DNA of 63,416 nucleotides, filler included, from Reclinomonas americana ATCC 50394 (taxonomy: Eukaryota), in NCBI GenBank assembly GCA_048213135.1. It is 6 parts of 5 records of this genome, joined end to end, with 100 filler letters (N's around TTAATTAATTAA, not from the genome) between each part and the next. Parts side by side here need not be neighbours in the genome. Positions count along the whole stretch, not along the records: positions 1 to 24,805 come from PS015497.1; 5 more parts are not named here. One strand, 5' to 3'. Each line of letters opens with the position of its first letter. Within the stretch, counting starts at the first letter, position 1. A model generated the notes under the pieces. That model had not been told where the DNA came from. It saw nothing but the letters and a program-made list of their open reading frames with translations, and made no database searches. Position numbers and translations under genes: made by a program. Below, one piece after another: positions 1 to 15,866 of this stretch.

Positions 1-515
1 GAGGGAGAGGGAGAGGGAGAGGGAGAGGGAGAGGGAGAGGGAGAGGGGGAGAGGGAGAGGGAGAGAGGGAAGAGGGAAAGGGAAAGGAAGAGGAGAGGGA
101 GGGAAAGGGATGAAAGAGGAAGAGGAGAGGGGGGGCACGGAGAGGGGAGAGGAGAGGGTGGGAATTGGAGAGGGAGAGAGAAAAAAGGGAGGGCATAGGA
201 GAGGGAGGCAAAGAGGCAAAATGCATGAGAATTGTGGAGGGGAAGACGAGGAGAGCAAATGATCGGCTACGCAGTTGCTGACGCTCGTGTCAGAGTAGGA
301 TGAGTGTGTGAGAGAGAAGACAGCAGGAGGAGATGAGAACAACAAAGTACGCAGCAGAGAGAAGCTTGTTTTTTTTTGTCATGGAAAGAAAGAGCCTATT
401 GATGTGTATCCGCTGTCCGTGCTCGGTTTTGAGGGATGGGTTACCTGTTCGTCCTCCATGTGATGGAGATCGTATTAATGTGCATGATCGTGGCACTCGC
501 CCCGCCACTCACAGA

Positions 516-2858
516 GCCACCGCCGCCTCCGCCTCCTCCATCCGTCTCCCTTGCCCCCGGTGTGGCAACAAGTATTCCCTCCGGCACCACAACGCTGGCC
601 ACCAGTGTGGTGTATGCCAACTCGGGCAACGCGGTCAACTGGCTTTCCTCTGCCGTGATGACAACCAAAGTCAATGTGGAGCTGTGGGTGCTTGTGAATG
701 GTGCGTGTTGCTCACAAGCCGTGACATCGTGGTTCAGAACAACTGCTGACCAACTTTTGTCGCAGGTACTTTTGTAAAGGAAACCGAGTTGGCAAGTGGA
801 GTAGACAGCACATTGTCGACGGCGGAACTGGATGCGTCGCTGAAGACGGTGAAGGGTCTGGTGTCGTCGAGTGCGACGTTTAGGGTGGTGGTGACGGAGG
901 CGTCGACGAATGGCACGGTGGTGGGGTTGACGGATCCGTTTATGCTGAAATGTGAGGGTCATGGGGGGAAGGGGAAAGGCGGAAGTGGAAGGGGGGAAGA
1001 GGGATAGAAAGGAAGTGGAGAAAGAGGCAGGAACTTGTGGAGGAGAAAGTGGGGTAACAAGAGAAAAGGGAGAGAAAGTGCAGATTTATAGGGGCATTAT
1101 GATCAGGAGAGACAGAAGAGAGAGCAGAGGGTGGGGGGAGGAGGACGGAAGAGAGAGAGAGAGACAGAAAGAAAGAGAGAGAAAGGAGTTTAGTGGCAGA
1201 GGAGAGAGAGAAATGAGTTAAATGGCAATGGAGAGAGAGAAATGAGAGGACGAAGAGAGACAGAGACACACAGAGAGAGAGAGGAAGAAAGAGCGAGAAA
1301 GAAGTCTGGAGGCAGAGGGGAAAGAGGCATGAGAGAGAATTGATGAGCGACAGCAAAGAAAGAGAATCAGAGAGAGCTTAAACAGGGTCTCGAAAGCTGG
1401 ACGGCTGTGCGAGGACTAAAGGGGAGGAAAGATAAAGACAGAGAAAGATAAATGGCAGCGGATTCGTACGCAGAACAAGAAACGGAGAGTCGACTGGGGA
1501 ATGGAGTGAGATTGTGAGGAACGTGGTGGAGCGAGAGAGCACGAGAGGCACAGTTGCCGGATGGAAGAGAAAGGCATCGAGCGATTGACTGCACACTCAC
1601 TATTTCTTTCACCGAACAGATCCGAGCATTGCAAGTCGTGCATCGGCCACTCAGACGGAACCAGCGTCGGTCAGCGAGCCGCTGTTTGTCACGTGGATTT
1701 GCGACGGTCCGCCCAAGGCCACCAACTTCACCATAAGTGTGAGTCTTGCATGACCGTCTGATTGAGAAGCGACAGTCAGCACTGACACAAGATGCAGCTG
1801 CAACAACGGTCCAGCTCTGGCGGCTCGCTCGTGTCACTTGGGCGTGTGGCGACGCACGTGCTCGGCGCGTGTACTGCCGGTGCCAGCTCCACGGTCTCGA
1901 CATCGCGCGATGCGATCAGCGGCACAGCCGCCGAGCTGGCTCGTGCGTTGAACGGCACCAACACGGCTGCGCTGACGCTGGCCACGAGTGCCAGCGGGGT
2001 GAGACTGCAGAGTGGTACCGATTATGTGTTCGAGGTGACGCCGGAGGTCGACGATGTGTCGTTGTATGACATCTCGCCGACGGCGGCATTCCGAGTGTTT
2101 GGTGAGTGGCGGAAGGGGGGGCAGGGGGTGGTGGAGAAGATGATTGATGATGAGAGTGGAGGTGTCTATACAGGTGGCTGTGAGGGGAAATTAGCGATAA
2201 GGAGAGACAGTTGTTGAGAAATGTGATTGCGGATGAGAGTAGCGGCAACAGAGAGGCAGGTAATGTGAGTGAATCTGGGGCAGAGAGAGTGAGAGAGAGA
2301 ATGTGAGAGAGATGTGGTGTTTGGTGAGAGAAGGAGTGGAGGCAGAAAATGGAAGGTAATGAGCAAGTGCACCTCGCTTGTGAGGAGATCTTGTTAGTGT
2401 TGGTGAACGTGCAAGACTCTGAGTAGTGCTGCAGTTGTCTGAGTACTACTGTTATGGCATTCGAATCATGCTTGCACGTGACCTGTCATATTCATCTCTA
2501 GATCTGTTTTTGTGTGTCGGAAACTCTCACTCACCATGCGTGCTTGCGCCGCAGATCCGACCTCCGTATTCTCGACTTCCGCTTGCCCATCCTCCATCCG
2601 ATGCTGGTACTGGATTGCGTTGATGGCGGCGGGTGGCACTCTGCTGTGCATGATCACCACCTGCTGCTTTATGTTTGCCTGCTACCGCCGCCGGCAACGG
2701 CGTCGTGTCGGGGGTGCGAAACTCGGTCCGGGCGCCGGCTGGCTGCTGGATCGTGATGCGACTTTTGTGCAGTTTGTCGTGTCGCCCAGTCTGTGGTGTG
2801 CTCGACGTGCTGGTCGAAAGGCGGATACAAAGGCAATCACCACGCTGACGATGATTGA
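516..2858 (+). CDS. Single-pass cell-surface protein with Ser/Thr-rich beta-sandwich-like ectodomain (5' partial, multi-exon)
   Basis: Phase-compatible GT-AG exons at about 516-701, 766-951, 1620-1737, 1798-2101, 2555-2725 and 2773-2858 give PPPPP..SVSLAPGV..FRVVVTEASTNGTVVGLTDPFMLKYPS..LFVTWICDGPP..DYVFEVTPE..FRVFDPTS..WYWIALMAAGGTLLCMITTCCFMFACYRRRQRRR (transmembrane helix plus basic stop-transfer). Both ends are uncertain. Confidence 0.6.
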
Positions 2859-3577
2859 TTTGCCGGGGACACGTTGCGTGCGATTTTGTGATGTGCAGCT
2901 ATCAGGAAGTGCTCCACTCACCTGCAGTATTCACAGCCATCAACGCCGCCAATGCGCCGCTACCTCGTTGCGTCTCATTGTGCATCATTGCTTTTTCTGC
3001 GTCTTTTTTTTCGTTCCTCTCTCTCTCTCTCTCTCTCTCTCTGTCTGTCTGTCTGTCTGTGTGTCTCATTCGTCCTTTCTCTTCACGTATGTCAAGATGT
3101 GCTCCACTCACATGCGACGTCCACAGCCATCAATGCCGCCACTGCGCCTCTACCTCGTTGCGTCTCATTGTAAGCGCCTCTGCTTTCTGCCTCTCTGAGT
3201 GCTCCATCAAGTGAACATTACTTCGCGATGGTCTCTCTCTCTCTTTCTTTATTTTGTTTCTGTAACCTCTCNNNNNNNNNNNNNNNNNNNNNNNNNNNNN
3301 NNNNNNNNNNNNNNNNNNNNNNNNNNNNNNNNNNNNNNNNNNNNNNNNNNNNNNNNNNNNNNNNNNNNNNNNNNNNNNNNNNNNNNNNNNNNNNNNNNNN
3401 NNNNNNNNNNNNNNNNNNNNNNNNNNNNNNNNNNNNNNNNNNNNNNNNNNNNNNNNNNNNNNNNNNNNNNNNNNNNNNNNNNNNNNNNNNTTTTCTTTTC
3501 TTTCTTTCGTTCTTTTTCCTTCTCTCTCTCTCTCCATCGCTTTCTCCTTTCTCCCCTATCCCCCTCCCACACTCAAC

Positions 3578-4460
3578 TGCCGGTGGCGGCGGTGGCGGTG
3601 GCGGCGGCGGCAGCAATGACAGCGACAACATCGAGCTCAGCTCACTCATCCGCGGCAGCCGCGTCCGCGGAGGGAACAACGTCGACAGCGGACTCGTGGC
3701 AGCAGTTGGCACCGGCGACTGCAGTCGCTGCTGCAGCGACATGGACTTTGCACCCATGGCCGACGGCGACCGGATCCTCCTTGGCAACGCCAGCGACTCC
3801 ACCTATCACACGAAGAACCTCACTTAGAGATACGTATAAAAACCGGTCTCCCAAGACAGGCGGAGAGGTCTGGTGTGGCAAATCAGGTGCGCACAATCGG
3901 CTTCCTTTCCCACATTCTGGTCTCACTCTCCTTCCCCTTCGACACTGGTGCACTTACCGGCAGTGACGGCAACTGCAGCGACATGCGTTGCGGCATCTCC
4001 AACGCACCAGCAGCATCTACATCCACCTTTGCAGGTCCTCGCAACTCACGCGGCTCACTCTCGGTTGCAACTGCCGGCGGAGACCGCGACGGCGGTGGCG
4101 GCGTCAGCGTCATGTAGCTGCGATTGTGCGTGAACGCAAAGGGCAAATGCGGCACCAGCCCAGGGGTGGACAATGACATTGGCGGCCGCCCAGGAGGCGG
4201 CGGCAATCGAATGCCAGTGAGCATCGTGAACTCCGACAGCGTCGGCAGGTTTGGCAGTCGCAACACGGGATGCCGTGGAGCATCGATGTGCACGTGCACG
4301 CTGTCTGACGACACAGCGCTCGCCGACGGTGATGACGACGGTGAAGGCAGTTGGGGCGGCAAGGGTGGTGTTGGAACAGGGCTAAAGAAGTGGATGGCGG
4401 GAGACTTTGCCGGCGGCGAAGTTGGGGAAGTGGCCGACGGTGAGAGCGCTGCAGCAAAGG
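3578..4460 (-). CDS. Pro/Ser-rich low-complexity hypothetical protein (internal exons)
   Basis: Long open Pro/Ser-rich frames (ORFs 3883-4668 and 3218-3802) bounded by microsatellite-like intronic sequence. No recognisable domain. Confidence 0.4.
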
Positions 4461-5599
4461 ACAAGGAGTAGCAATTGAGACAATCAAGTGTAAGAAGAGA
4501 GAGAGAGAAGGAGAGAGAGAGAAAGAGAAGGAGAAAGAGAGACAGAGAGAAGAGAGAGACAGAGGACAAGACTGCGAGAAAGACAGACGGCGAGAGACTA
4601 TGGGCAAAAGAGAGAGAGAGAGAGAGAGAGAGAAACTGAGAGAGTGAGAGAGAAACAGAGAGATACATAAACGGGACCGAGACAAAGAAAGACAGAGAAA
4701 GACAAAGAGAGAGAGANNNNNNNNNNNNNNNNNNNNNNNNNNNNNNNNNNNNNNNNNNNNNNNNNNNNNNNNNNNNNNNNNNNNNNNNNNNNNNNNNNNN
4801 NNNNNNNNNNNNNNNNNNNNNNNNNNNNNNNNNNNNNNNNNNNNNNNNNNNNNNNNNNNNNNNNNNNNNNNNNNNNNNNNNNNNNNNNNNNNNNNNNNNN
4901 NNNNNNNNNNNNNNNNNNNNNNNNNNNNNNNNNNNNNNNNNNNNNNNNNNNNNNNAAAAGAGATGGAGAGTGAGAGAGAGAGAGAAAGGGAGAGAAAGCG
5001 AGGGAAAGAGGTTGAGTTATTGTCACCCGACTAACTCCTGCTACACAGATCCCGCTTCCGCTGTCTCGTGGAGGAGACACAACGAGGACGCTGGGGGCGC
5101 GGCGACCGAGTTTGTCGTTGCAAATGGCGGTGCCTTTACCGCAAGCACGGGTGCGTTAACGTGGGGGGGTTTTGTGGGCGACAATTGCTGAGTGTGCGCG
5201 GGCGCAGTTGCAGAGGTCGAGATTGGCGTCGTCGAGTGGGGTTGGGGCGGGCGATGGAGCGCGGCAAGTGGGTGGTCGGGGGGAGGTTGCGGAGTTTAGT
5301 GGGTGAGAGCTGAGAAGGCAATTGAATCTTTGTCGTGGCAGGCGAAGCGATTTTTCTGCACCTTAAGTACCGAGCTTTACAGTCCACTGAGAGACCACAC
5401 TGTGACGTGGAAGTGTTGGTGTTGTATTCTTCGACGTCGTGTCCCGGTTTGCCGCAGGACATTCACATTTAACACACACGCACACACAATCACACAACAG
5501 ACACACACCCGGACGCGCACTGACATTTGAGCGTTTGATAGATCGCTGCGCTTTCTACTGCATTCACAGACGAGAAAGCCGGTGGCTGTTTAGTGGCGA

Positions 5600-7860
<2,261 letters not shown>

Positions 7861-8227
7861 ACAGAGCAGAGGGAGAGAAGAAGAAGAAGAAGAAGAAGAA
7901 GTTCATTCATCGTGACGCAATCCTGTCTACTGGCGGAGAAGAGAGCTCCTCAGACACCTCCCCAGGGATTGGCCTTCTCATCAAGCAGCATAGGATAAAA
8001 CTGCACATTCAAACTCTTTCCACAGTAAAAGCATCGAAAAAATCTGCATCATCCCACGTCACAGGAGGGCAAACNNNNNNNNNNNNNNNNNNNNNNNNNN
8101 NNNNNNNNNNNNNNNNNNNNNNNNNNNNNNNNNNNNNNNNNNNNNNNNNNNNNNNNNNNNNNNNNNNNNNNNNNNNNNNNNNNNNNNNNNNNNNNNNNNN
8201 NNNNNNNNNNNNNNNNNNNNNNNNNNN

Positions 8228-8644
8228 CGTCGCGCACTTTTATCGGTGAGGGGAATGGAGAAGGAGAGGGAATGGGAGGGAACGGAACAGCGGGTGCTCG
8301 GGTGTCTTTTCTCATCCTTCAGCAGAATGAGGAGACTGTGAGTGAGGGTGCATGCTAGGAGTATCAGCAAGAAGGAAGGGTTGCAGTTTGTTTGGTGCGC
8401 AAGTGTAGAGTTTGAGCGGCTTTGTAGTTTCGCGGGGAGATTACCAATGAGAAGGAGTTCTTCGAGGCAGTCAAGCGTAGTGAGCGGGTCGTCGCGAACT
8501 TTTATCGGTGAGGAGAGTGGAGAAGGAGAGAACATTGAGTGCTCGGTGTCTTTTTCATCCTTCAGGGAATGAGAAGACTGTGAATGAGGGCGCATGCTAG
8601 GAGGATTGCAGGCAGAGAGAGAGAAAGAGAGCAAAAGAGAGAGC

Positions 8645-8675
<31 letters not shown>

Positions 8676-9653
8676 CAGTGTGAAGGAGAGTCAGTGATCG
8701 AGTGGCGTGTATTGAGCTTCCTTTTGCCTATGTTTAGTGAGCGTGTGTTCTTTCTTTCTTCATATTTCGGGGGGAAGTGCTCTTCTATGCCGTGATGAGC
8801 AGTGAGTGGGTGCTCTTGTGCTCGAGGACTGTATAATGATGCTGTTCCTGCTAGCATACGATTTGTATACCCAGAAAGCAGAGTGAAACACCGCCTCTCC
8901 CGTCCCCTCTTTTCTTTCCCTCTCTCTTGTACGCGAAGAGACCTCGTAAAACACGACGTGCCGATTGTCGATCCCGTCCCCTCTCTTCCTTCCACTCTCT
9001 CTTGTACGTGAACAGAACTCGACTGTGCAGATCGCCTTGCTCGTCCTTTCTCCTCCTTTCCCTCCCTCTGTCTCGTATAGATACGGACCGAGTGAAACAC
9101 GGCAGCGCAGGTCGCCTCTCTTTTCCCCTTTCCGTCCCTTCTCCTCCTTTCCCTTCTCCTCCTTTCCCTTCTCCCCCTTTCCCTTCTCCTCCTCTCCCTT
9201 CTCCTCCTTTCCCTCCTCCTCCTTTCCCTACTCCTCCTTTCCTTTCCCTTCTCCTCTTTGCCCTCTTCCTCACACCGGCGAATCGATGTGCGTAGGACAT
9301 CGAACAAGTACTGCCCGGTGCTGGACGAGCACTTGAGAGTGCTGGCGGCCCGGCATCTGGAGACGCGCTTCATTCGCTTGGATGCGGAGAAGAGCCCGTT
9401 CTTGGTGGAGCGGTTGAAGGTGGGTGACAAAAGCCTGTAGAGCATTTTTCTTCGCCACGCAACAGGAATGCGTCTTGTCGCTGATCTCCCCTCTCGTCGC
9501 TGCAGATCTGGATGGTGCCGACCATGGCGGTGTGCAAGAAGGGCAAGGTGGAGGAGTACATTGTGGGCCTGGACGACATGGGTGGTGCCGACTTTGAGAC
9601 CAGTGTGCTGGAGATGCGCCTGGCCGCCTCTGGCATCATCGATTATGACGATG
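8228..9653 (+). CDS. TXNDC9: Phosducin-like protein 3 / thioredoxin-domain protein TXNDC9 homolog (partial)
   Basis: Spliced: EITNEKEFFEAVKRSERVVANFYR|TSNKYCPVLDEHLRVLAARHLETRFIRLDAEKSPFLVERLK|IWMVPTMAVCKKGKVEEYIVGLDDMGGADFETSVLEMRLAASGIIDYDD, matching PhLP3/TXNDC9 motifs. Confidence 0.85.
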
Positions 9654-10137
9654 GTTTGTGGGTGGGGCGTGCAGAGAGAGGGAGAACAGGGGAAAGGGGC
9701 TTGGTTTCAGGACGAAAAGCTACAGATGATTGTGCTATGAATCTGTGTGTCCTTCTCTTGCTACCCTCTTTCTCCTTCCACATCTTGCTCTTCTCTCTTG
9801 CCCTACGTTGTTCTCATTCTCTCTTTCTCTATTGCCTTCAATCCTTTTGTCTTGTCTTCTTTTCACTTTCTCTCTCCTTCCCCCAGTTCCTTCCCCCTTC
9901 CCCTCTCTCCTTCCCCCCTCTCCTTCCCCCTTTGCTTCCCCCTTTCCTTTCCCCTTTCCTTTCCCCTTTCCTTCCCCCTTTCCTTCCCCTTTCCTTCCCC
10001 CTTTCCTTCCCCCTTTCCTTCCCCCTTTCCTTCCCCCTTCCTTCCCCCTTCCCTTCCCCCTTCCGTTTCTCCTTCCCCCTTTCCCTCGGCCGTGTTCCCT
10101 CCCACACACCACCGAATCTCACCAACTCGCAACGCAG

Positions 10138-13100
10138 ACTCATATCCCGCGCGCCGTGGTGCCGCTTTCGGTCTGGCCGGTCTGGTCAAGGGCATGGGTT
10201 ACATGTCGCTGAAGAACATGGAGATTTTGGATGTGAGTGGCAGGACGACGCCCAACATTTGCCACCACCCGTCTCTCACACCCCATGATTGCCTCCCCCT
10301 CACAGTACCTGGAGAAGAGTTTGCGCGAAAAGACGCTGGCGGCCAAGGAGGGTGCCCTGATGGCCGTCGAGTGCCTGTCCCGCGTGCTCAAGCAGCTGTT
10401 TGAGCCGTTCATCATGCCGCTGTTGCCGCACATTTTGGCGGCGCGTGGCGATCCGTCGAATGCTATCCGCGAGGCCAGCGAGGACACTGTGCGCGTTCTC
10501 ATGAGCAATCTGTCGGTGCACGGCGTGAAGATGATTGTGCCGATTCTGCTGCGCGGCGTCGAGGACAAGTCGTGGCGCTCGAAATGCGTTGCGTTGTCTC
10601 TCACTCCAGCCATCTTCGTTTCCTTCACTTACACCGTGTCGGCGGAATACAGGGTGCCATTGAGATGATGGGTGCCATGGCCTACTGCGCTCCCAAGCAG
10701 CTGTCAGCTTGCCTGCCCACGTTGGTGCCGCCACTGGCCACAGCCTCCAAGGACTCGCACCCGGAAGTCGCTTCGTACGCCAAGGAGGCGCTGCGGCGTG
10801 TCGGTGGTGTGGTTGGCAATCCGGAGATTCAGGCGCACGTGCCTGCCTTGATCGACGCCGTCAGCAACCCAGGTGTGTTGTCGATTGCTGTTTTTGTGGT
10901 GGTGCGTGGCATGATCGCGACAAGCGACTGACTCTGCCGTGTTTCCACAGCCGATCATACCAAGCGCGCCCTCGACATTCTGCTCTCCATTCGCTTCATC
11001 CACACAATTGATGCGCCGTCGCTGGCGCTCATCATGCCGCTGCTCATCCGTGCGTTGAAGGATCGCAGCACGGAAGTGAAGCGCAAGGCTGCGCAGGTGC
11101 GTGTCATGCGCAGAGTGGCACGTACAATACGATCCACTGACTCGCTTCTTGCGTGCAGGTGGTGGGCAGCATGAGCACACTGATTACACAGACGCAAGAT
11201 ATGGTGCCGTATCTGGAGAGTGTGGTGGAGCCGCTGAAGGCGGCGCTGGTGGATCCAGTGCCCGATGTGCGAGCTATTGCTGCGCGTGGTATGTTTGTTG
11301 TTTTCCTGTTGTCTCCTTTCAGGATAGTGATAGCTGTGCGCTCTCGCAGCACTCGGCGAGTTGGTGCACGGACTGGGCGAGTCCTCGTTCCCGTCACTGC
11401 TCGACTGGCTGTTGGAGCAGTTGCGAAAGGATCACACCAACGCTTCGGACCGCTCCGGTGCCGCCCAGGGCTTCTGCGAGGTCACGGTGGCTATTGGTAT
11501 GTTGCTGTCATGTACTCGAATGCTCTCGTCGATTCTGCAGTGCTCACTCTTCTCCTCCGTCGCCAGGCCTTGCTCGTCTGGAGCAGCTGCTGCCCGACAT
11601 TTTGGAGAACACTCGGGACCCGGTGCCGTCGGTGCGCGAGGCGCACTTGCAGGTGCTGGCGTACCTGCCGTTGGCGCTCAAGGACGAGTTCCTCGACTTT
11701 TTGCCGCGCGTGCTGCCCGAGGTGCTGGTCGGTCTCTCCGACGAACAAGGTTCGACGATGCTTCCTATTTGTGTGTGCCCACAGAGTATGTGTCTCATCC
11801 TCAATGCAGAGTCGGTGCGCGCCACCGCTCTCAAGGCTGGCCAAGTCATTGTCGATGCGCACGGCCAGTCGTCGTTCATGGTCATTTTGCCGCGTCTGGA
11901 GAAGAACTTGTTGGAGGACAACTGGAAGATCCGCGTCGCGTCAGTCACCCTGCTCGGCGACCTGCTGGCCCAGGTGTTGCACCGCAGCAAGGAGCCGAAG
12001 GAGTTCGAGGACATCAACGATCTGATGGCGAACACGCGCAGCTCGAGCAACGACATGGACACGCTGACGCAGCAAATGGGCCAGGAGCGCCTGCACATGC
12101 TGCTGAGCACGCTGTACATGCTGCATGCGGACGTGCAGCCGCCGGTGGCCCAGGCCGCCCATCACGTGTGGCACATGCTGGTGGACAACACGCCGCGCAT
12201 GGTCCGCGCGATCCTGCCGCAACTCACGCAGCTTCTCGTGGCCTCGCTTTCAATGTCGCCCGACATTCTTCTCTCGAACTTTGTCGATTCACCGGTGCGC
12301 GCTATCTCTTCGCTTGTGCAGCGGATGTCACCGATTGGGTTGTTTCTCACGACTGTATGTGTATGCATGTCGAGAAGGCACCGAAAGACGAAGACGGCGA
12401 GGGCAGTGACGAGGACGGCGATTCGGATGATGAGCCGGCGGAGCCCGACGATGGCTCCTCTGGCATTCGTGTCGTGTACGGTCCCGACGGCATGCCCATG
12501 GTGGCCGGCATTGCCACGGCGTCGGAGGTTTGTGTGTCCGTCTGCGTTGCCCACCTGTGGCTGGTGTCTCATCAACATGTGTGTCATGTGCTGGCAGGAA
12601 CGCACGCACATGGCCGGTCGAACGATTGCCGAGCTGGTGGTCAAGATGCCGGAACACATTATTCCCGACCTCGTGCCGGCTCTGGTGCGCGCCTCGCGCG
12701 ACCGCGACATTCCCACTCGCCAGGGCGCTTGCCTCGGTCTCACTGAGCTCGTCCGCAACGCCAAGCGCCACGTACCTTCGCTGCTGAAGGATGTGGTGCC
12801 GGTGCTTCGCGATTCGATTTGCTCCGAGAACAGCGACGTTTCGTGATGAATCCTGGTTGTGCAGTGGCGAGAACCAGCGTTCTCACACATTTCACAGATT
12901 CAAAAGGCCGCGGCCGAGCTGTTCACGGCGCTGAACAAGGCCATTGGTGTGCGCATCATGGAGGAGGTGTTGCCGACTCTGATCTCGGACGTCATCAATG
13001 GCGTCGATACCGCCCGCCGCGGACTGCAGCAGCTGCTGCGCTCTCGCGCCGCTGCCGTGCTGGCCTACTTGCTGCCGCGTTTGCTGGACAAGGAGGTGCT

Positions 13101-15550
13101 CGACGCCTCCAAGATGCAAACGCTTGCTGTGGTGGCCGAAAGCGCGCCCAACGCGCTGGTCTCGCACATGCCGACCATCTTGCCGGCCATGGTGACCACG
13201 GTGGCGAGCTCGGTCGACAGACCAGGGGCCGACGTCGATGTTATTATGTCGTGCGGCCGACGCATCGTGTGTTCACTGAACACGGAGTGCGTGGGCGACT
13301 TGGTGGAGGAGGCGAACGAGGAGTTGCAGCAGAACAAGGTATGTGTGTTTTGTGTGCAGTATGCATGCAGGGCAATGTCATGTGACACCCGTGGCGCAGT
13401 CTGGCCGGCGCATTGCCATTGTACGCATGCTCGAGTGGACCGCTGCGGGCAACCTGGACATGTACAGGCCACACTTGCCAATCATTTTGGTGGTCACTCT
13501 GCGCGCCTTCAACGATCCTGACGAGAGAGTTGCGTCTCTGGGTGGATGTGCTGCATGTACGTTTCGGCGTGTTGCTCACTGCACATCATCGCTGCAGGTA
13601 AACGAGGCGGCGCTGGCCGTTCTCAATGCGCTGGGTGCGACGGTCGAGAAGGACGAGCTTGCGCAGCACATTGAGATCATCCAGGAGGAGATTCACGCCC
13701 TGTGCTTCCAGTGCGTTACTTGACAATTTTCGTGTGTGCTGTGCGACAAGTCACTCATACTGCAAGCATTAGGGGTCAGGAATCGTCGCGCGTGCTGGAG
13801 GGTCTCAAGTTGCAGACTGGTCTCGAGCCGCTGTACCCCATCTACTTGCATGCCATGGTGCATGGTGCCACGTCGCGAGTTCGCGAGCACGCTGTGTACG
13901 GCATTGGCGAGTTGCTGGAGGTACGCACGCCTCTGCTGGGTGGTTGAGCAGTGCTCGCATGTGTTCTGACGCTCTCGTTTCTATGCCTGTTACCAGGCGT
14001 GCGGCGAGAGTGCGCTGCGCAAGTGCGCATTCGCCATCACGAGTCGCCTGATGTTTGTGTTCAGCAAGGACTTTGCGCCGGAACCGAAGGCGCACGTGCT
14101 GTTGACCATTTCCGAGCTGATTGCGCGCGCGAGCGATGAGATCAAGCGCTCGGTGCCGCAGTTGCAGACGACATTCATGAAGGGCTTGCAGGGTGAGTGG
14201 GGAAAGGCTCGGTGTGACGGGGAAGTGACAGGTTTTTATGCTAATTATCGATTTTTTTATTGCAGAGGCGGCCGTGGTGCGCGATCGTGCCGTGGGTGCC
14301 ATTCGGCAAATGTGCGAGAGCCTGCCGGAGAGTGTCAAGGCGGACTCGCTGCTGAACAACTTGACTCGCAAGCTGAAGGAGTCGACCGAGTCGCAGCCGA
14401 TCGTGCGGGTTCGTTGACCACAGCAGTACAGTGAATTTTTTTGTGGCTCCTCATCCCTGCCTGTGCAGTCGATTCTGGAGGCCACCGAAATTGCGCTGTC
14501 GGAGATTGGTACGTCGGCCTCGCCACCGGTGCTGGAGGAGCTGGTCGACACGTGCACCTCCATGTTTGATTACGGCAAGGTCGATGTGCGTGGCTACGTG
14601 CTGGGCGTGTTCGGTGCGGCGGTGCACATCCTCGGCGGTCCGCGATTGCGTCGCTCGCTGCGGTGAGTGTGGGCACTCGTGTCGTGCTGTGATGACATTC
14701 ACCATGTACTCATGCAACCGAATCGCTGCAGGGAGTACGTGTTCGACGTGGCGTCATCGTCGGACGAGGACACGCTGCTGCTGGCCGGCATCCTGCTCGG
14801 CAAGTTCTTTATTGTCAGCCGCAACCCCGAGTTCATCTTTGAGGATAGCTCGTGGTCGGCCGACTTGTCGGCACTGCTGCTGAATCTGCTCGGCAGCCGC
14901 TCAGAGCGCCTGCGACTGATTGGCGCACAGACCACCAAGGAGACGGTCAAGCATGCGACATTCCGCGTGTCGCAGGTGAGTTTTCAGGGAGTGTGGGAGA
15001 ATACCATGTGTGGCTGGTTGTTTCACTGAAGGATGGACGTGCGTGCAGGATTTGCCACACGCGGCCGAGCTGGCGGCGCTGTGCCAGGACACGTTGATTC
15101 CGCGTCTGGTGCCGCTGATTTCCGATCCAGCCATGGACGTGCGATGCCTGTCGACGGCGCACGTGAAGGCCATGGCCAAGTACGCGCAACAGCTGGTGAG
15201 TGCTTGTATGTCAAGGACGAATTCTTTGTGCGATGCACTTATCCGAAAAAATGCACAGGGCACCCCACCACTCGGCCTGAACACCCTCGTGAATGCACTG
15301 CTACCGAACCTGCGTGTGACACACCAGGGACTGCGCAACATCACACAGCGCGCACTCACCTACGCGCTGCAGTTGCAAGTCGATTTCTCGATTGCCGAGG
15401 CCTTTTTGGATGGAGTGGTGCGGTGGCTTGTCAGTGTAGTTTTTTCTTGGCGATTGGTGGTGACTCACGTGAATTTGTGTGTTTGTGTGTGCGCAGGCCA
15501 ACGAGAGTCGGCGTTCGGGTATCCAGAGCGAGTTCGCGCGCCTGTTTGAA
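10138..15550 (+). CDS. GCN1: GCN1 HEAT-repeat translational activator, C-terminal half (about 20 introns)
   Basis: RRGAAFGLAGLVKG..EGALMAVECL..LFEPFIMPLLP..HGVKMIVPILL..KSWRSK..GAMAYCAPKQLSACLP..NPEIQAHVP..HTIDAPSLALIMP..LVDPVPDVR..DRSGAAQG..WKIRVASVTLLGDLL are hallmark GCN1 segments. The model runs into an N gap at 15551. Confidence 0.93.
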
Positions 15551-15866
15551 NNNNNNNNNNNNNNNNNNNNNNNNNNNNNNNNNNNNNNNNNNNNNNNNNN
15601 NNNNNNNNNNNNNNNNNNNNNNNNNNNNNNNNNNNNNNNNNNNNNNNNNNNNNNNNNNNNNNNNNNNNNNNNNNNNNNNNNNNNNNNNNNNNNNNNNNNN
15701 NNNNNNNNNNNNNNNNNNNNNNNCACGCGCACGACGAAGTAGACACCGACGACGAGTCGTAGAACAGCAATAAAACATATTTGACAAGCAAAAAAAAGAG
15801 TGCATCATTGCTCATCGCACATTCATTGCTGCTCCACTTCTTCCACACGCCTCGCTCCCGTCTCTA

